IMG/VR virus record: IMGVR_UViG_3300030330_002725
Coordinates: 1-25,672 of that record
Source of the DNA: a virus
Taxonomy: Duplodnaviria > Caudoviricetes
Length of the DNA stretch: 25,672 nucleotides
Direction: 5' to 3' (one strand)
Positions 25,601 to 25,672 of this stretch are shown piece by piece; position 1 is the first letter of the stretch, and the number at the start of each line of letters is the position of its first letter. The position numbers were made by a program, and so were the translations under genes. The notes beneath the pieces were generated by a model. The model saw only the letters and a program-made list of their open reading frames with translations. It made no database searches and was not told where the DNA came from.

Positions 25601-25672
25601 ATACATCTATTGGAGCAGTAGCAGAATATAGTGGTGCTACACCTAATGCTGATTTACTAAGAGTATTCATTA
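22657..25672 (+). CDS. Large baseplate hub-like protein (gp27/gpD-like), 3'-truncated, at least 1005 codons
   Basis: ATG 22657 (MGYIVGERFDDYVLNQIVSRQK...). Segments I translated are open, and the track lists no terminated ORF here. Contains LYLRLGYSMLVEWGW, GNYDGFFGRVENFQW and late EGLSGIKI...FLISTVDHEISENNWTT, resembling split hub beta-barrels. Confidence 0.7.
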   Translation, partial: MGYIVGERFDDYVLNQIVSRQKIQGAGYLGGTRNANQMQLLTNKNAWLKCASSVFVDPQSDDEKLAQLDGYSNKYPKAVLPENFNPISLGEARLRQNNLTPVEDFTGTQLARKAVLFNTLSELSNKSYSPRSGVTNAKFSNESNNFWNQGNSYGLGGSDFGLNPAPGLISFTVNSQNRGSIRKGTLTLKAYNKFQFQLIELLYLRLGYSMLVEWGWDKYSLDGGKTIKNTGNSIIEDQWFNDGSCNSQLDMIRLIDKYRSKYGGNYDGFFGRVENFQWEFNSNGTYDIQIFLVTVGAVVESLQVTTKTEVLTDKELKKLTASLAEKEGEKVVDSSIVSRAGDNQLSQDLFIDIASSDVFNGSNNNYINVSRIFGQNIFKNDDKEKNTQTLSRYNYFLSFGELLDKVKKSCIPVLVNKCETANDLILNIDNEPTTNLCAAYPNQVAIDPRICIIKPIIQEPIGDKIEFNLSQGWSKLKPFGTLENVSLSTKTGNQESTIIYGNIMNIYLNYEFISQCLSKVNVKGELNLYNFLTDICNGINKSLGYINNLEVVIVEDKIIKIIDQNPIVGVEESKDARFANNKPIPNPLFEIFGYNPSPGVKDPNNPDNLITSPFSNFVKDFKFTTRISPGTATTIAVGATAAGTSTKNYDGTAFSKWNEGLIDRYQMDVIDPRLSRVMKEINDIGSRFNELGLNVTQNIDAELAIALYDNYNSSKIDLTVSETLSTWWSFAKAAASNYSKYAPTGIVSGVISYNKKQSEILGAKDTTKALNVEFKGPRFVPSINGLPDFSGAFQSVTWAEYVQKVEDFLIVKKSEDAKITLTELFDKFSTNWDFWIASSLGGTFNGIEFKNGTDNEPTYWDYNDINVKNGFNSFKAYINALHNFIYEKYRQPSSTIGFIPADLNAQFEGLSGIKIYNALQIRQEILPPQYPETLKFLISTVDHEISENNWTTSINTLSVPNISLVPGKFAFAELTEAVRSYNTSIGAVAEYSGATPNADLLRVFI

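Noticed and set aside
1-25672. Stop-codon reassignment, introns, inteins, tRNAs or homing endonucleases
   Set aside because: Genes are intact and densely packed under code 11, with TAA, TAG (14150) and TGA (13851) all used as stops. I saw no intein termini, endonuclease motifs or cloverleaf structures.
14209-25672. Bacterial contractile injection system or tailocin
   Set aside because: Terminase, portal, protease, scaffold and capsid genes are present in the same locus, so this is a phage.

Overview
AT-rich, entirely plus-strand virion morphogenesis region of a large T4-related myophage. The host is probably Bacteroidota, inferred from SD-less, A-rich translation starts. Gene order: large terminase (5'-truncated), portal, four uncharacterised head-cluster genes, prohead protease, scaffold, major capsid protein, gp13/14/15-like neck proteins, a small coiled-coil ORF, tail sheath, tail tube, a gp26-like tail assembly protein with an out-of-frame gp51-like extension, tape measure, baseplate tube-initiator-like protein, LysM/gp53-like wedge, and a >1000-codon hub-like ORF that runs off the window and is absent from the ORF track. 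Main observations: (1) a likely programmed +1 frameshift at a U7 run just upstream of the tape measure gene; (2) an ATA(T/C)(T/G)TATAA motif at 11 gene boundaries, whose commonest core is the reverse complement of the T4 late promoter; (3) head-cluster proteins built as cassettes separated by prohead-protease-type hydrophobic-X-E sites; (4) a twin-hairpin leader before the scaffold/capsid operon; (5) the same 44-aa GSGY domain inserted in both neck and sheath. All family assignments come from motif recognition and synteny, not database searches.
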